In this document: positions 20,663 through 30,120 of the stretch, piece by piece | How positions within the stretch are numbered: position 1 is the first letter of the stretch | Layout: every line of letters starts with the position of its first letter | DNA from: Nitrospirota bacterium | Lineage (GTDB): Bacteria; Nitrospirota; JACRHL01 | Reading direction: 5' to 3' | DNA: 64,000 bases | NCBI GenBank assembly: GCA_029858285.1 | Contig: JAOUFN010000010.1 | Coordinates: 9,776 to 73,775 of the forward strand | The notes under the pieces: generated by a model | Database searches by the model: none | The model's input: only the letters and a program-made list of their open reading frames with translations | What the model was told of the DNA's origin: nothing | Made by a program: the position numbers and the translations under genes

Positions 20663-20812
20663 CAGCACGGCAAGCACAGGCGGGGAGGGGGCACAGCCTC
20701 CTGAATGTATCCGGCAGAGGCTCCAGCAGGCTTTCCGACCGATTTTTCGGCAGGCTTTTCGGTAATCCCGGCCGCACGGGTGTTCCCGTCGGCTCTGGTA
20801 TGCTTGGGGCAT

Positions 20813-21520
20813 ATGGCTGGCGATTTTTCACACCGCGCCACCCGCGCCCCGCATCCCTCCGGACCGGCCGCCCCGCGCCTGCGCCGCAAGGCCTGGTGCG
20901 TAGCGGCGCTGCTGTTCCTGAGCCAGGTGTGGGCCGGAGCCGAATCACCCGCCCAATCACCCGCCACGCCCTCCGCCGGCACGGCATCTGATCCCCCGGA
21001 TATGACCGCGCTGCGGCAGAACATCATGGGAACCTCGTCAAACGGTGCGGTGCCCCGCTACGACCTGCGCCAGATCGCGCCGCCCCCCTGGGAGGTGGAC
21101 GACGCCTGGCTCTCCGCCCACAGGCACGAGGCCGTCGGCGCGGCCAACCGGGAACTCACCGGCGTGCTGGAGGAGTGGGCCGCCCGGGGCAGCGTGCTGA
21201 CCCCCCTGGAGCGTCTGCGCCACCGCGATTTCGGCTTCGGCGGCAGCGGCGCGGACGGGGGTGCCCCGGCCACCGCCGCTCCGGCGACACCCGAGGCGTT
21301 CGGCATGCGCCTGCGTCTGGGAGAAACGGTGCGGCTGCGGGTGCAGGGCGCCGGATTGACCCGCGACCTGATGTACGATCCGCTGTCGGCCTATATGTGG
21401 ATGGACCTGTACCGGCTCGAATTCAGCGACGGCAACACCGGGCTGTCGCTGACCAACTCCTACCTGCTGGACGAGGACGTGGCGCGGGTGCTGTTCACCC
21501 TGCGTCACCGCTTCCGGTAA
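20813..21520 (+). CDS. Hypothetical exported protein with beta-rich C-terminus
   Basis: Signal-like RRKAWCVAALLFLSQVWAGA; amphipathic strands ending VLFTLRHRFR. Start uncertain (20705 or 20813; extended -10 TGGTATGCT just upstream of the latter). Confidence 0.6.
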   Translation: MAGDFSHRATRAPHPSGPAAPRLRRKAWCVAALLFLSQVWAGAESPAQSPATPSAGTASDPPDMTALRQNIMGTSSNGAVPRYDLRQIAPPPWEVDDAWLSAHRHEAVGAANRELTGVLEEWAARGSVLTPLERLRHRDFGFGGSGADGGAPATAAPATPEAFGMRLRLGETVRLRVQGAGLTRDLMYDPLSAYMWMDLYRLEFSDGNTGLSLTNSYLLDEDVARVLFTLRHRFR

Positions 21521-21549
21521 CTGCGAGACCCCACGGAGTGTCGGCTGAC

Positions 21550-22722
21550 ATGATTGTAAAGGACACGCTGCTGGCCATCGGACTGATGTCCGGCACCTCG
21601 GCGGACGGCATCGACGCCGCGCTGGTGACGGTGGAGCGCGCCCCGCGCCGGGTGACCCTGCGCCATTACCTGGAACTGCCCATGCCGTCGCCCCTGCGCG
21701 CGCGCATCCTGGCGGCCGCCAATGGCACCTCCGACAGCCGCGACCAGTGCCTGCTCGGCGCCGCGCTGGGCGAGGCCTTTGGCAGCGCCGCCCGCTCCCT
21801 GTGCGGCGCCGCCGGAGTGAGTGCCGAACAGGTGGACGTGGTGGGCTCCCACGGACAGACGGTGTGGCATGCTCCGGAGGCCACCCCGCCCGCCACCCTG
21901 CAAATCGGCAACCCGGCGCAGATTGCCGCCATCTGCCGGATTCCCGTGGTGGCCGATTTCCGTTCCGCCGACCTGGCCCAGGGCGGGCAGGGCGCCCCAC
22001 TGACCCCGCGTCTGCATCACCTGCTGTTGGCCCACCCGCAGCGGGACCGGGCGGTGGTGAATATCGGCGGCATCGCCAACATGTCGTGGCTGCCGGGCGG
22101 GCGCGGCACCGAGTCGGTGGTGTCCTTTGATACTGGCCCCGGAAACATGGTCATCGACGCCGTTACCGCGCACCAGACGGGCGGGGTGGAGTTGTGCGAC
22201 CGGGGTGGCGAGCGGGCCGCGCGCGGCAAGGTGCAGCCGATGTTGCTGGACGACCTGTTGCGGCACCCGTTTTTTACCATGGCGCCCCCCAAATCCAGCG
22301 GGCGCGAGATGTTTGGCGCCAATTATGTGCGCGAACTGTTCGACCGGGCGGAAAAATACGGGGTGCAGGGGGACGATCTGGTGTCCACCGTCACCGCCAT
22401 GACCGCCCAGACCATCGCCCGGGCAGTGGAGGGACAGAGCGCCCGCGCCGAGGTGCTGGTGTGCGGGGGCGGCGCCCGCAACGCCACCTTGATGGGAATG
22501 CTGGAGGCCGCGCTGCCGAAGGCACGGGTCGCCTCGGTAGAAACGTGCGGAGTGGCCTCCGACAGCATGGAGGCGGTGGCGTTTGCAGAGTTGGCCTGCT
22601 GCTACCTGTGGGGCGAATCCGCCAACATCCCCGCCGTCACCGGCGCGCGTCAGGCCGTGGTGCTGGGCTCCCTTACCCCGGCGCCGGGGCGCGCCGGGTT
22701 TCCGGGAATGGTCCTGCCATGA
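21550..22722 (+). CDS. anmK: Anhydro-N-acetylmuramic acid kinase
   Basis: IGLMSGTSADGID, GSHGQT, GGQGAPL, NIGGIAN, FDTGPGN, PPKSSGRE. Confidence 0.96.
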   Translation: MIVKDTLLAIGLMSGTSADGIDAALVTVERAPRRVTLRHYLELPMPSPLRARILAAANGTSDSRDQCLLGAALGEAFGSAARSLCGAAGVSAEQVDVVGSHGQTVWHAPEATPPATLQIGNPAQIAAICRIPVVADFRSADLAQGGQGAPLTPRLHHLLLAHPQRDRAVVNIGGIANMSWLPGGRGTESVVSFDTGPGNMVIDAVTAHQTGGVELCDRGGERAARGKVQPMLLDDLLRHPFFTMAPPKSSGREMFGANYVRELFDRAEKYGVQGDDLVSTVTAMTAQTIARAVEGQSARAEVLVCGGGARNATLMGMLEAALPKARVASVETCGVASDSMEAVAFAELACCYLWGESANIPAVTGARQAVVLGSLTPAPGRAGFPGMVLP

Positions 22723-22807
22723 GCCCCCCGCCGGCAGGACCTTCGGTGGCAAGGCGTCTGGCCCGTCGCCATTCCTCCCCCGACCCCGCCGCCGGGGCTC
22801 CGGCGTA

Positions 22808-22837
22808 TTGACGCATGTTTCCAGGGCCGTTTAGACT
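22808..22837 (+). promoter_or_regulatory. Putative sigma70 promoter for rseP
   Basis: TTGACG-18 nt-TAGACT. Confidence 0.5.
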
Positions 22838-22934
22838 GAAGCCATCCATGCAGCCGCTGCTTTTTTGCAACCCTTCCCCGGATCGGCGCCACCGCAGCGG
22901 TCGCCCCTGACGGATCACCACGGACAATTTCTTC

Positions 22935-24089
22935 ATGCACGCCGTTCAATACACTCTTTATTTTCTCGTCGTTCTGGCCGTACTCATCTTCGTGCACGAA
23001 CTGGGGCATTTTCTGGTGGCGCGCTGGAACGGGGTGCGGGTGCTGACCTTCGCCATCGGCTTTGGCCCCACCCTGTTCTCCCGCACCTCCGGCCACACCG
23101 AATACGCCCTCAAGCTCATCCCTCTGGGCGGCTATGTGAAGATGTTCGGCGAGGACCCCCAGGAGGAAATGTCCCCCGAGGAACGCAGCGTCACTTTTTA
23201 CGGCAAGAGTGTGTGGCAGCGCATGGCCGTCGTATTTGCCGGTCCGGCCTTCAACATGATCACCGCCGCGCTGATTTTCTGCGGAGTATTCCTGCACGGC
23301 GTGCCGATGATGACCGCCGACATCAGCGTGGTCACCCCCGATTCCGCCGCAGAGCAGGGCGGCCTGCTGAAGGGCGACCGCATCACCGCGATCAGCGGCC
23401 ATTCGGTGCGCGGCTGGGACGACATTCCCGACCTGGTTCGGGCCTCGGAGGGGCACGCCATCCCCGTCGTTGTGGAGCGTAACAGCGCGGTTGTGGAACT
23501 GACCGTCACCCCCCGTGCGGCGGTGGTGCAAAACCTGTTCGGCGAGGACGTCCACACCTGGCAGATGGGCATTCAGCCGACGGGGCAGATGATCCCGCAC
23601 CGCGAGCCGCCCCACATTGCCCTGTGGATGGGGCTGGAACGCACCTGGGACGTGACGTCCATGCTGGTTCAGGGGCTGGTCAAGCTGGTGCAGGGAAAAA
23701 TCCCCGCCAACACCATCGGCGGGCCGATCCTGATCGCCCAGATGACCGGTGAACAGGCCGATCAGGGGTTCATGAACGTGGCGGTGTTTGTGGCGTTGCT
23801 GTCGGTGAACCTGGGAATTCTCAACCTGCTGCCGATCCCGGTGCTGGACGGTGGCCACCTGGTGTTCCTGCTGGCAGAGGGGCTGCGCGGTCGCCCGGTG
23901 AACGACCGGGTGCGCGAGGTGGCCCAGCAGGCGGGGCTGTTCCTGCTGCTAACCCTGATGGCCTTTGCGTTTTACAACGACATTGTGCGGTTGTTCCAGG
24001 GCACCACCGGGCTGGAGCCTCCGGCACAGGAAATTCCCGCTCCGGCCCCGACCGAGGCGCCCGCAACTCCCGTCGCGCCCGCCCCCTGA
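22935..24089 (+). CDS. rseP: RIP metalloprotease RseP (M50, single PDZ)
   Basis: HELGH, PLGGYVKM, NLLPIPVLDGG. Confidence 0.96.
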   Translation: MHAVQYTLYFLVVLAVLIFVHELGHFLVARWNGVRVLTFAIGFGPTLFSRTSGHTEYALKLIPLGGYVKMFGEDPQEEMSPEERSVTFYGKSVWQRMAVVFAGPAFNMITAALIFCGVFLHGVPMMTADISVVTPDSAAEQGGLLKGDRITAISGHSVRGWDDIPDLVRASEGHAIPVVVERNSAVVELTVTPRAAVVQNLFGEDVHTWQMGIQPTGQMIPHREPPHIALWMGLERTWDVTSMLVQGLVKLVQGKIPANTIGGPILIAQMTGEQADQGFMNVAVFVALLSVNLGILNLLPIPVLDGGHLVFLLAEGLRGRPVNDRVREVAQQAGLFLLLTLMAFAFYNDIVRLFQGTTGLEPPAQEIPAPAPTEAPATPVAPAP

Positions 24090-24128
24090 CTCCCTGTTGC
24101 GCCACGTCGGCGGGGGCCGGGGCGCGGT

Positions 24129-24416
24129 TTAGTCCTTGCTGGAAGCCCCCGAGCCGGACGAGCCCGAGCCGGACGAGCCCGAGCCGGACGAGCCCGAGCC
24201 GGACGAGCCCGAACTCGATCCCGCCTTGCCCGATCCCCCCTTGTAGTCGGTGATGTAGAAGCCACTGCCCTTGAACTGGATCGCGGGGGTGGAAAGGCAA
24301 CGGTCCGCCGTCGGCTTCTCACACTCCGGGCAATCGGTCAGCGGTGTGTCGGTGTACTTCTGGATGGCGTCGAACAGGTGGCCACATTCGCGGCAGCGAT
24401 ATTCATAAATCGGCAT
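24129..24416 (-). CDS. FmdB-family zinc ribbon protein
   Basis: MPIYEYRCRECG...CPEC...FKGSGFYITDY, with a Ser/Gly tail. Confidence 0.92.
   Translation of the reverse strand: MPIYEYRCRECGHLFDAIQKYTDTPLTDCPECEKPTADRCLSTPAIQFKGSGFYITDYKGGSGKAGSSSGSSGSGSSGSGSSGSGSSGSGASSKD
24148..24212. repeat. 15-bp tandem repeat x4.3 (CCCGAGCCGGACGAG) encoding SSGSG
   Basis: Four identical units in the FmdB tail. Confidence 0.95.
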
Positions 24417-24426
24417 GGTGTCGTGG

Positions 24427-25695
24427 TCAGAACCGTTTTTGTTCCAGGTGCACCTGGTAGTTGGCGTAATGGGGCCCGGGCTTGAGGCGCCCCAAGGCGT
24501 CCTCGATGCGGTCGAGCCCCTCCTTCAACTGGTCCATCGAGGTTGCGAACGAGATGCGCAGATACTCGTCTCCCCCGAAGGCGGCGCCCGGAACCAGCGA
24601 GACCCGCGCGGTTTTCAGCAAAAACCCGGCGAGGGCGGTGGAGTCTTTCAACTCGGTGCCGTCCGCGTCCTGCATGCCGAAATAACGGGCCACCCGCGGG
24701 AACACATAAAACGCGCCCCGAGGCTCAAAACACCACACCCCCTCCATGGCGTTGAGACGGCCCACCACATAGTCCTTGCGGCCCTGAAACGCCGCTACCA
24801 TCGTTTTTAAGCACGATTGGTCGCCTGTCAAGGCCGCCACGCCACCCCATTGCACAATGGAGGGGGCGTTGCTCACGTCCTGGCTCTGGATCATGTTGAC
24901 GTTGCGGATCAGTTCCTCGGGGCCCGCGGCATAGCCCAGACGCAGGCCGGTCATGGCGTAGCTCTTGGAAAGGCCGTTGACCACCACGGTGCGGGCGCAG
25001 GTTTCTGGCGACAGCGAGGCGATGCTGACGTGCTCGAAGCCGTTGTAGACGATTTTTTCGTAAATTTCGTCCGAGATGATCCAGCAGCCGCACTCCTCTG
25101 CGATCTCCGCCACCGCCTTCAGATCGTCGCGGGTGTAACCGGCGCCAGTGGGGTTGCCGGGCGAGTTGAGGATGATGGCCTTGGTCTTGCGCCCCACGCT
25201 CTTGCGCAGCACCTCGGGGTGGACCACAAAACCGTCCGCCTCGCGGGTGCGGATGATCACCGGCCGCGCCCCGGCCAGAAACGCCTGATCCGGATAGGAA
25301 ACCCAGAACGGCGCGCAGATGACCACCTCGTCCCTGGCGTCGAACAGCGCCTGGGCGATGGCGTAGAGCACGTTTTTGGCCCCCGCCCCCACGTTGATCT
25401 GGTTGCGGCCGTAGGTCAGGCCGTTGTCGTTTTTGAGTTTCTGGATGATGGCATCGGTCAGTTGCGGCACCCCGGAAGTGGGGGTGTAGCGCGTCTTGCC
25501 GTCGCGCAGCGCCTTGACGATGGCCTCCTGCACGTGGTCGGGCGTGTTGAAATCCGGTTCGCCCGCCGCCAGGCTGACGATGTCCACCCCCTCCGACTTG
25601 AGGCGCGCCGCCTCGGCGGTGATGCGCAGGGTGGGGGAGGGTTTGACCTTCTTCACCCGTTCTGCAAAGGCCGTGGTGCCGGGTTCCGTACTCAT
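24427..25695 (-). CDS. aspC: PLP-dependent class I aminotransferase (aspartate aminotransferase-like)
   Basis: AGEPDF, NSPGNPTG, SDEIY, SKSYAMTGLRLG. Confidence 0.9.
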   Translation of the reverse strand: MSTEPGTTAFAERVKKVKPSPTLRITAEAARLKSEGVDIVSLAAGEPDFNTPDHVQEAIVKALRDGKTRYTPTSGVPQLTDAIIQKLKNDNGLTYGRNQINVGAGAKNVLYAIAQALFDARDEVVICAPFWVSYPDQAFLAGARPVIIRTREADGFVVHPEVLRKSVGRKTKAIILNSPGNPTGAGYTRDDLKAVAEIAEECGCWIISDEIYEKIVYNGFEHVSIASLSPETCARTVVVNGLSKSYAMTGLRLGYAAGPEELIRNVNMIQSQDVSNAPSIVQWGGVAALTGDQSCLKTMVAAFQGRKDYVVGRLNAMEGVWCFEPRGAFYVFPRVARYFGMQDADGTELKDSTALAGFLLKTARVSLVPGAAFGGDEYLRISFATSMDQLKEGLDRIEDALGRLKPGPHYANYQVHLEQKRF

Positions 25696-26174
25696 CTGTG
25701 CGCCTTCTTTTTAAGCAGGGTTTCTACACCGGGGGGGACCAGGGACGAAACGTCTCCCCCTGCCAGGGCCACGCCCTTGATGATGCTTGAAGAGAGGTAA
25801 GTATACTCTTCGCTGGGCATCAGGAAGATGGTTTCGATGGTGCCCGCCAGACGGCGGTTCATCAACGCCATTTGCAGTTCATATTCAAAGTCCGACACCG
25901 CGCGCAGGCCGCGCACGATGGCCTGGGCCTGCCGGTCGCGGGCGAAATTCACCAGCAGTCCGGAGAACGAGGCCACCTCCACATGGTCGAACTCGGCAAA
26001 CGTCTCCGACAGCATCTGCAACCGTTCCGACACCGAGAACATGGGGTGTTTGGAGGGATTCACCGCCACCGCCACAGTAACCCGGTCGAACAGGGGGCGG
26101 CAGCGCCGGACAATATCCAGGTGGCCGTTGGTGACGGGGTCGAAACTGCCGGGATAGATTGCGTGCCGGGTCAT
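25692..26174 (-). CDS. coaD: Phosphopantetheine adenylyltransferase
   Basis: YPGSFDPVTNGH, RGLRAVSDFEYE, SSS motif. Confidence 0.97.
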   Translation of the reverse strand: MTRHAIYPGSFDPVTNGHLDIVRRCRPLFDRVTVAVAVNPSKHPMFSVSERLQMLSETFAEFDHVEVASFSGLLVNFARDRQAQAIVRGLRAVSDFEYELQMALMNRRLAGTIETIFLMPSEEYTYLSSSIIKGVALAGGDVSSLVPPGVETLLKKKAHR

Positions 26175-26355
26175 GGGTACCTGTATGCGCCTGAGCGGCG
26201 CGCCTGAACAATGGAGGATCGGTCGTGCGGGGGCCATTTTTTGTGTCCCCCCGACCACTGCCGACAGCGGTGCCGATTATATCGGTCCCCGCCCCTCCAC
26301 CGCAAAAGGAATGGCAGGGGTGGGAAGCCCACGGCCCGGCAACCGCCCCGGTAAC

Positions 26356-26397
26356 CGCCTGGGGGCGTCCCCCCCATCGCCTGGGGGCGTCCCCCCC
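26356..26397. repeat. 20-bp direct repeat (CGCCTGGGGGCGTCCCCCCC x2)
   Basis: Copies at 26356-26375 and 26378-26397 in the divergent coaD/msrA gap; each is a small GGGGG-CGT-CCCCC palindrome. Confidence 0.9.
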
Positions 26398-26535
26398 TGT
26401 CTTTACCGGATTGTTACCTGGCTGCAATGCGCCGGTTACCCGGGTGCGTTACGCTCAAACCAATGCCGCCGCCACAACCCGGACGCAGGCCCGGGGGCAG
26501 GCGCGGAACGGCAGCCCTCACGCAAGGTGAACCGA

Positions 26536-27198
26536 ATGCAACGCAAAATACTCATCGGCCTGGCCCTGACGTGGCTGTGCACCGCCCTTTTCGCCGCCGC
26601 CACACCCCGCATGCAGGCGCAGGCCATGGACAGCCGACCGGCACCCCGCACCGCCATCGCCACCTTCGCCGGAGGCTGTTTCTGGTGCATGGAGGGGCCG
26701 TTCGACGCCCTTCCCGGCGTCCTCTCCACCACCTCCGGCTACACCGGCGGAAAGACCCCGTCGCCCACCTACGAAGAGGTTTCGGCGGGGGGGACTGGGC
26801 ATGCGGAATCAGTACGGGTGGTCTACGACCCGACGGTGGTGTCCTACGAAAAGCTGCTGGAGGTTTTCTGGCACAACGTGGACCCGCTAACCGCCAACCG
26901 GCAGTTCTGCGACGGCGGCACCCAATACCGCTCGGCGATTTTCTTTCACACCCCGGAACAGGCTGCGGCGGCCACGGCCTCCCGCGACGCGCTGGCCGCC
27001 TCCGGCCGGTTTGAACGCCCCATCGTCACCCAGATCGTGGCGGCGTCCGAATTTTTCCCCGCCGAGGCGTATCACCAGGATTTTTACCTGCGCAATCCGG
27101 TGCGCTACAAGTTCTACCGCTACAATTGCGGGCGCGACCGGCGCCTGGAGGAGGTTTGGGGCAAAACCGGGAACAGCGAAGGAGTTGGCCATGAATAG
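26536..27198 (+). CDS. msrA: Peptide methionine sulfoxide reductase A with Sec-type signal peptide
   Basis: FAGGCFWC, GYTGG, QYRSAIF, AEAYHQ; N-terminal MQRKILIGLALTWLCTALFAA...AQA. Confidence 0.95.
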   Translation: MQRKILIGLALTWLCTALFAAATPRMQAQAMDSRPAPRTAIATFAGGCFWCMEGPFDALPGVLSTTSGYTGGKTPSPTYEEVSAGGTGHAESVRVVYDPTVVSYEKLLEVFWHNVDPLTANRQFCDGGTQYRSAIFFHTPEQAAAATASRDALAASGRFERPIVTQIVAASEFFPAEAYHQDFYLRNPVRYKFYRYNCGRDRRLEEVWGKTGNSEGVGHE

Positions 27199-27700
27199 CA
27201 TCGAACGGCGCACGTTCATCAAGGGGCTGGCCATTCTGGGGGTGGCCCTGGCGGCGCCGGGGCTGCTGAGGCCCGTGCGCGGGCTGGCCGCCGGAGCAAG
27301 CAGCGGGTTCGCCCGCCTCACCCTGAGCGAGGACGAATGGCGCGCACGCCTGACGCAAGAGCAGTTCCGCGTGCTGCGCCACGAGGACACGGAGCCCGCC
27401 GGGTCCAGCCCCCTCAACAAGGAGTACCGCGAGGGCGTTTATGCCTGCGCCGGATGTGATCTGGAGCTGTTTACATCAAAAACCAAGTTCGACAGCGGCA
27501 CCGGCTGGCCGAGTTTTTACGCTCCCATCGAGGGCCGCGTGGAGACAAAGGCCGACTACTGGCTGATCCTGCCCCGCACCGAATATCACTGCGCCCGTTG
27601 CGGCGGCCACCAGGGCCACGTGTTCGACGACGGCCCGAAGCCCACCGGCCTGCGCTACTGCAACAACGGCGTGGCCCTGCGCTTTACACCGGCGGGGTAA
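27191..27700 (+). CDS. msrB: Peptide methionine sulfoxide reductase B with Tat signal
   Basis: KFDSGTGWPSF, HQGHVFDDGP, RYCNN, two CxxC; N-terminal ERRTFIK plus hydrophobic stretch. Confidence 0.95.
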   Translation: MNSIERRTFIKGLAILGVALAAPGLLRPVRGLAAGASSGFARLTLSEDEWRARLTQEQFRVLRHEDTEPAGSSPLNKEYREGVYACAGCDLELFTSKTKFDSGTGWPSFYAPIEGRVETKADYWLILPRTEYHCARCGGHQGHVFDDGPKPTGLRYCNNGVALRFTPAG

Positions 27701-27746
27701 CATCTCTCCGGGCACCGACGGAGGCGAGAACCCGGCCCGCTGGGCA

Positions 27747-28334
27747 TCACGGCAGGGAGGCCGTTTCCCGGTGTCGGGGGTACACCAACGTGACTGCGGT
27801 CCTGCCGTATTGGTAGGTACGGCCTTCTTCCCATTCGGCCAGGGCCGGGGCGGGGAGGGGCGCTTCGTGTTCCACCACCACCACGCCCTCTGCCGCCACC
27901 ACGCCCTGCGCCGCCAGCAGGGGCAGCACCTGGTCCAGCAGATCGGAGCCGTAGGGCGGGTCCAGAAACACCACGTCGAAGGGGGGAGCCTGGCCACCGG
28001 GGCGCCGGGTCAAAAAACGCTCCGCGTCCATGCGGAACAGGGTATAGCGCCCTTCAAAGCCGCAATGTGTCGCATTTTCGACCACCCGATCCGCGTGGCG
28101 CGGCACGCATTCCACAAAATCCGCATGGGCGGCGCCCCGCGACAGGGCTTCCAGCCCCAGGGTGCCGACCCCGGCGAACAGGTCCAGCACCCGCGCCCCG
28201 GCCACCCGTCCGCCCAGAATGTTGAAGATCGCCCCGCGCACCCGCGACGCGGTGGGGCGCACCCCCTGTCCGGGCACCGACTGCAGGCCCAGGCTGCGGG
28301 CGCTGCCGCCGGTAATGCGCAGGGGGGTGCTCAT
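27747..28334 (-). CDS. rsmD: 16S rRNA m2G966 methyltransferase
   Basis: LRITGG, RPT, LDLFAGVG.LGLEALSRGA, VFLDPPY; ATG at 28334. Confidence 0.94.
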   Translation of the reverse strand: MSTPLRITGGSARSLGLQSVPGQGVRPTASRVRGAIFNILGGRVAGARVLDLFAGVGTLGLEALSRGAAHADFVECVPRHADRVVENATHCGFEGRYTLFRMDAERFLTRRPGGQAPPFDVVFLDPPYGSDLLDQVLPLLAAQGVVAAEGVVVVEHEAPLPAPALAEWEEGRTYQYGRTAVTLVYPRHRETASLP

Positions 28335-28566
28335 GAGGCGGCCTTCCGCAGCCGTCTGCGGTGCCCTTGCCCGTGTTTCCATCCGGTCATCATGGGAAGG
28401 GACACTATCCGCAAAAGCCCCCTTGGCGCAATGGCCGGATGGGGGTGGAAGCGTCCCTTCTCCTGCGCGGCTTTTCGGTCGCGTATTTGCGGGTCCGCCT
28501 TTTATCGTGGCGCCGGGGCGGGTATCATCCGCCACACCACGCGCTGCGAAAGGGAGATCGGATGCC

Positions 28567-30120
28567 ATGCGCAACGCCGTAAGAACCGCCGGGCTGCTGA
28601 CCGGACCGCTGTTGTTTTTGCTGACCCTGGTGTTGCCGGAGGCGAGCGGGCTGTCGGCGGCGGGACAGCGCACCGGCGGGGTGGCCCTGTGGATGGCCGT
28701 GTGGTGGATCACCGAGGCCGTCCCCCTGTATGTCACCGGCCTGCTGCCTTTGGCCTTGTTCCCGCTGCTGCACATCGTGAACGGCAAGGGGTTGGCGTCC
28801 CAGTATGGCCACAACCTGCTGTTCCTGTTTCTGGGCGGCTTCATGCTGGCCCGCGCCGTGGAGCGCTGGAACCTGCACGAGCGCATTGCCCTGCGCATCG
28901 TGCACGCGGTGGGGGTGTCGCCGCGCAGGCTGGTGCTGGGGATGATGGTGGCCACGGCGTTTTTGTCCCTGTGGATTTCCAACACTGCCGCCACACTGAT
29001 CATGCTGCCCATTGGCACCGCCATTCTGCTGGAGGCGGCAATGGCCGCAGGCACGCGGGTGGAGGAACACCCGGAACTGACCAAAATGGCCACCGTGATG
29101 ATGCTGGGCATTACCTACGCCGCCAGCGTGGGCGGCATGGGCACCCTGGTGGGCACGGTGCCCAACATCGTGTTCGCCGCCCAGATGTCCCAACTGTTCC
29201 CGGACGCCCCCGACATCAGCTTTGTCGCCTGGATGAAGGTGGCGCTGCCGTTCGTGGTGGTGTTTGTGCCGCTCATGTGGTGGCTGCTCACCCGCTGGCT
29301 GTTCCCGCTGCACCTGCATGAACTGCCCGGCGGACGCGAGGTGATCGACGCGCGCCTGCGGGCGCTGCCGCCGCTGGCGGGACCGGAGCGGCGGGTGGCG
29401 GTGGTGTTTCTGCTCACTGCCCTGGCCTGGGTGTTCCGCGCCGACCTGGACCTGGATGTGGTGCGCATCCCCGGCTGGGCCTCGTTGCTCGGGCTGGACG
29501 GCTGGGTGGACGACACCACGGTGGCGGTGGTGGCGGCGCTGGCGCTGTTTGCGCTTCCCGCCGGAAAACACCTGCCTGCCGGGATCGCCCCCACCAGCAC
29601 CGGCGCCCTGCTGGACTGGGACACGGCCCGCACCATTCCGTGGGGCCTGCTGATTCTGTTCGGTGGTGGACTGGCCCTGTCGAAGGGGGTGGAAACCTCC
29701 GGCCTGTCGGTGTGGATCGGCGACAGCCTGCGGGTGTTTTCCGGCTTGCCTCTGGCGGTGATGCTGGTGGTGATGTGTTATCTGGTGACGTTCCTCACCG
29801 AGGTCATGTCCAACACCGCCCTCACCACCCTGCTGATGCCGGTGCTGGGGGCGCTGGCGGTGAGTTTGGGTTACAACCCGCTGCTGTTCATGTTTGCCGC
29901 CACGTTGTGCGCCTCGTGCGCCTTCATGCTGCCGGTGGCCACGCCGCCCAACGCCATCGTGTTCGGCAGCGGGCTGGTCACCGCGCCGCAGATGGCTCGC
30001 GCCGGGATCTGGCTGAACCTGCTGGCGCCGCCCCTGATTCTGGCCGTGGTCTATCTGCTGGCGCTGCCGGTGCTGGGCATCGAGCCGGGCGGCGTGCCGG
30101 AGTGGGCGCATGGCCGATAG
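28567..30120 (+). CDS. SLC13/DASS family anion (di/tricarboxylate or sulfate) transporter
   Basis: WWITEAVP, WISNTA, GTLVGTVPN, SNTA, FMLPVATPPNAIV; many TM helices. Confidence 0.92.
   Translation: MRNAVRTAGLLTGPLLFLLTLVLPEASGLSAAGQRTGGVALWMAVWWITEAVPLYVTGLLPLALFPLLHIVNGKGLASQYGHNLLFLFLGGFMLARAVERWNLHERIALRIVHAVGVSPRRLVLGMMVATAFLSLWISNTAATLIMLPIGTAILLEAAMAAGTRVEEHPELTKMATVMMLGITYAASVGGMGTLVGTVPNIVFAAQMSQLFPDAPDISFVAWMKVALPFVVVFVPLMWWLLTRWLFPLHLHELPGGREVIDARLRALPPLAGPERRVAVVFLLTALAWVFRADLDLDVVRIPGWASLLGLDGWVDDTTVAVVAALALFALPAGKHLPAGIAPTSTGALLDWDTARTIPWGLLILFGGGLALSKGVETSGLSVWIGDSLRVFSGLPLAVMLVVMCYLVTFLTEVMSNTALTTLLMPVLGALAVSLGYNPLLFMFAATLCASCAFMLPVATPPNAIVFGSGLVTAPQMARAGIWLNLLAPPLILAVVYLLALPVLGIEPGGVPEWAHGR

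Noticed and set aside
24148-24212. Tandem repeats (also 38840-38948 and 52773-52844) considered as CRISPR arrays
   Set aside because: No unique spacers, in-frame within proteins, and no cas genes.
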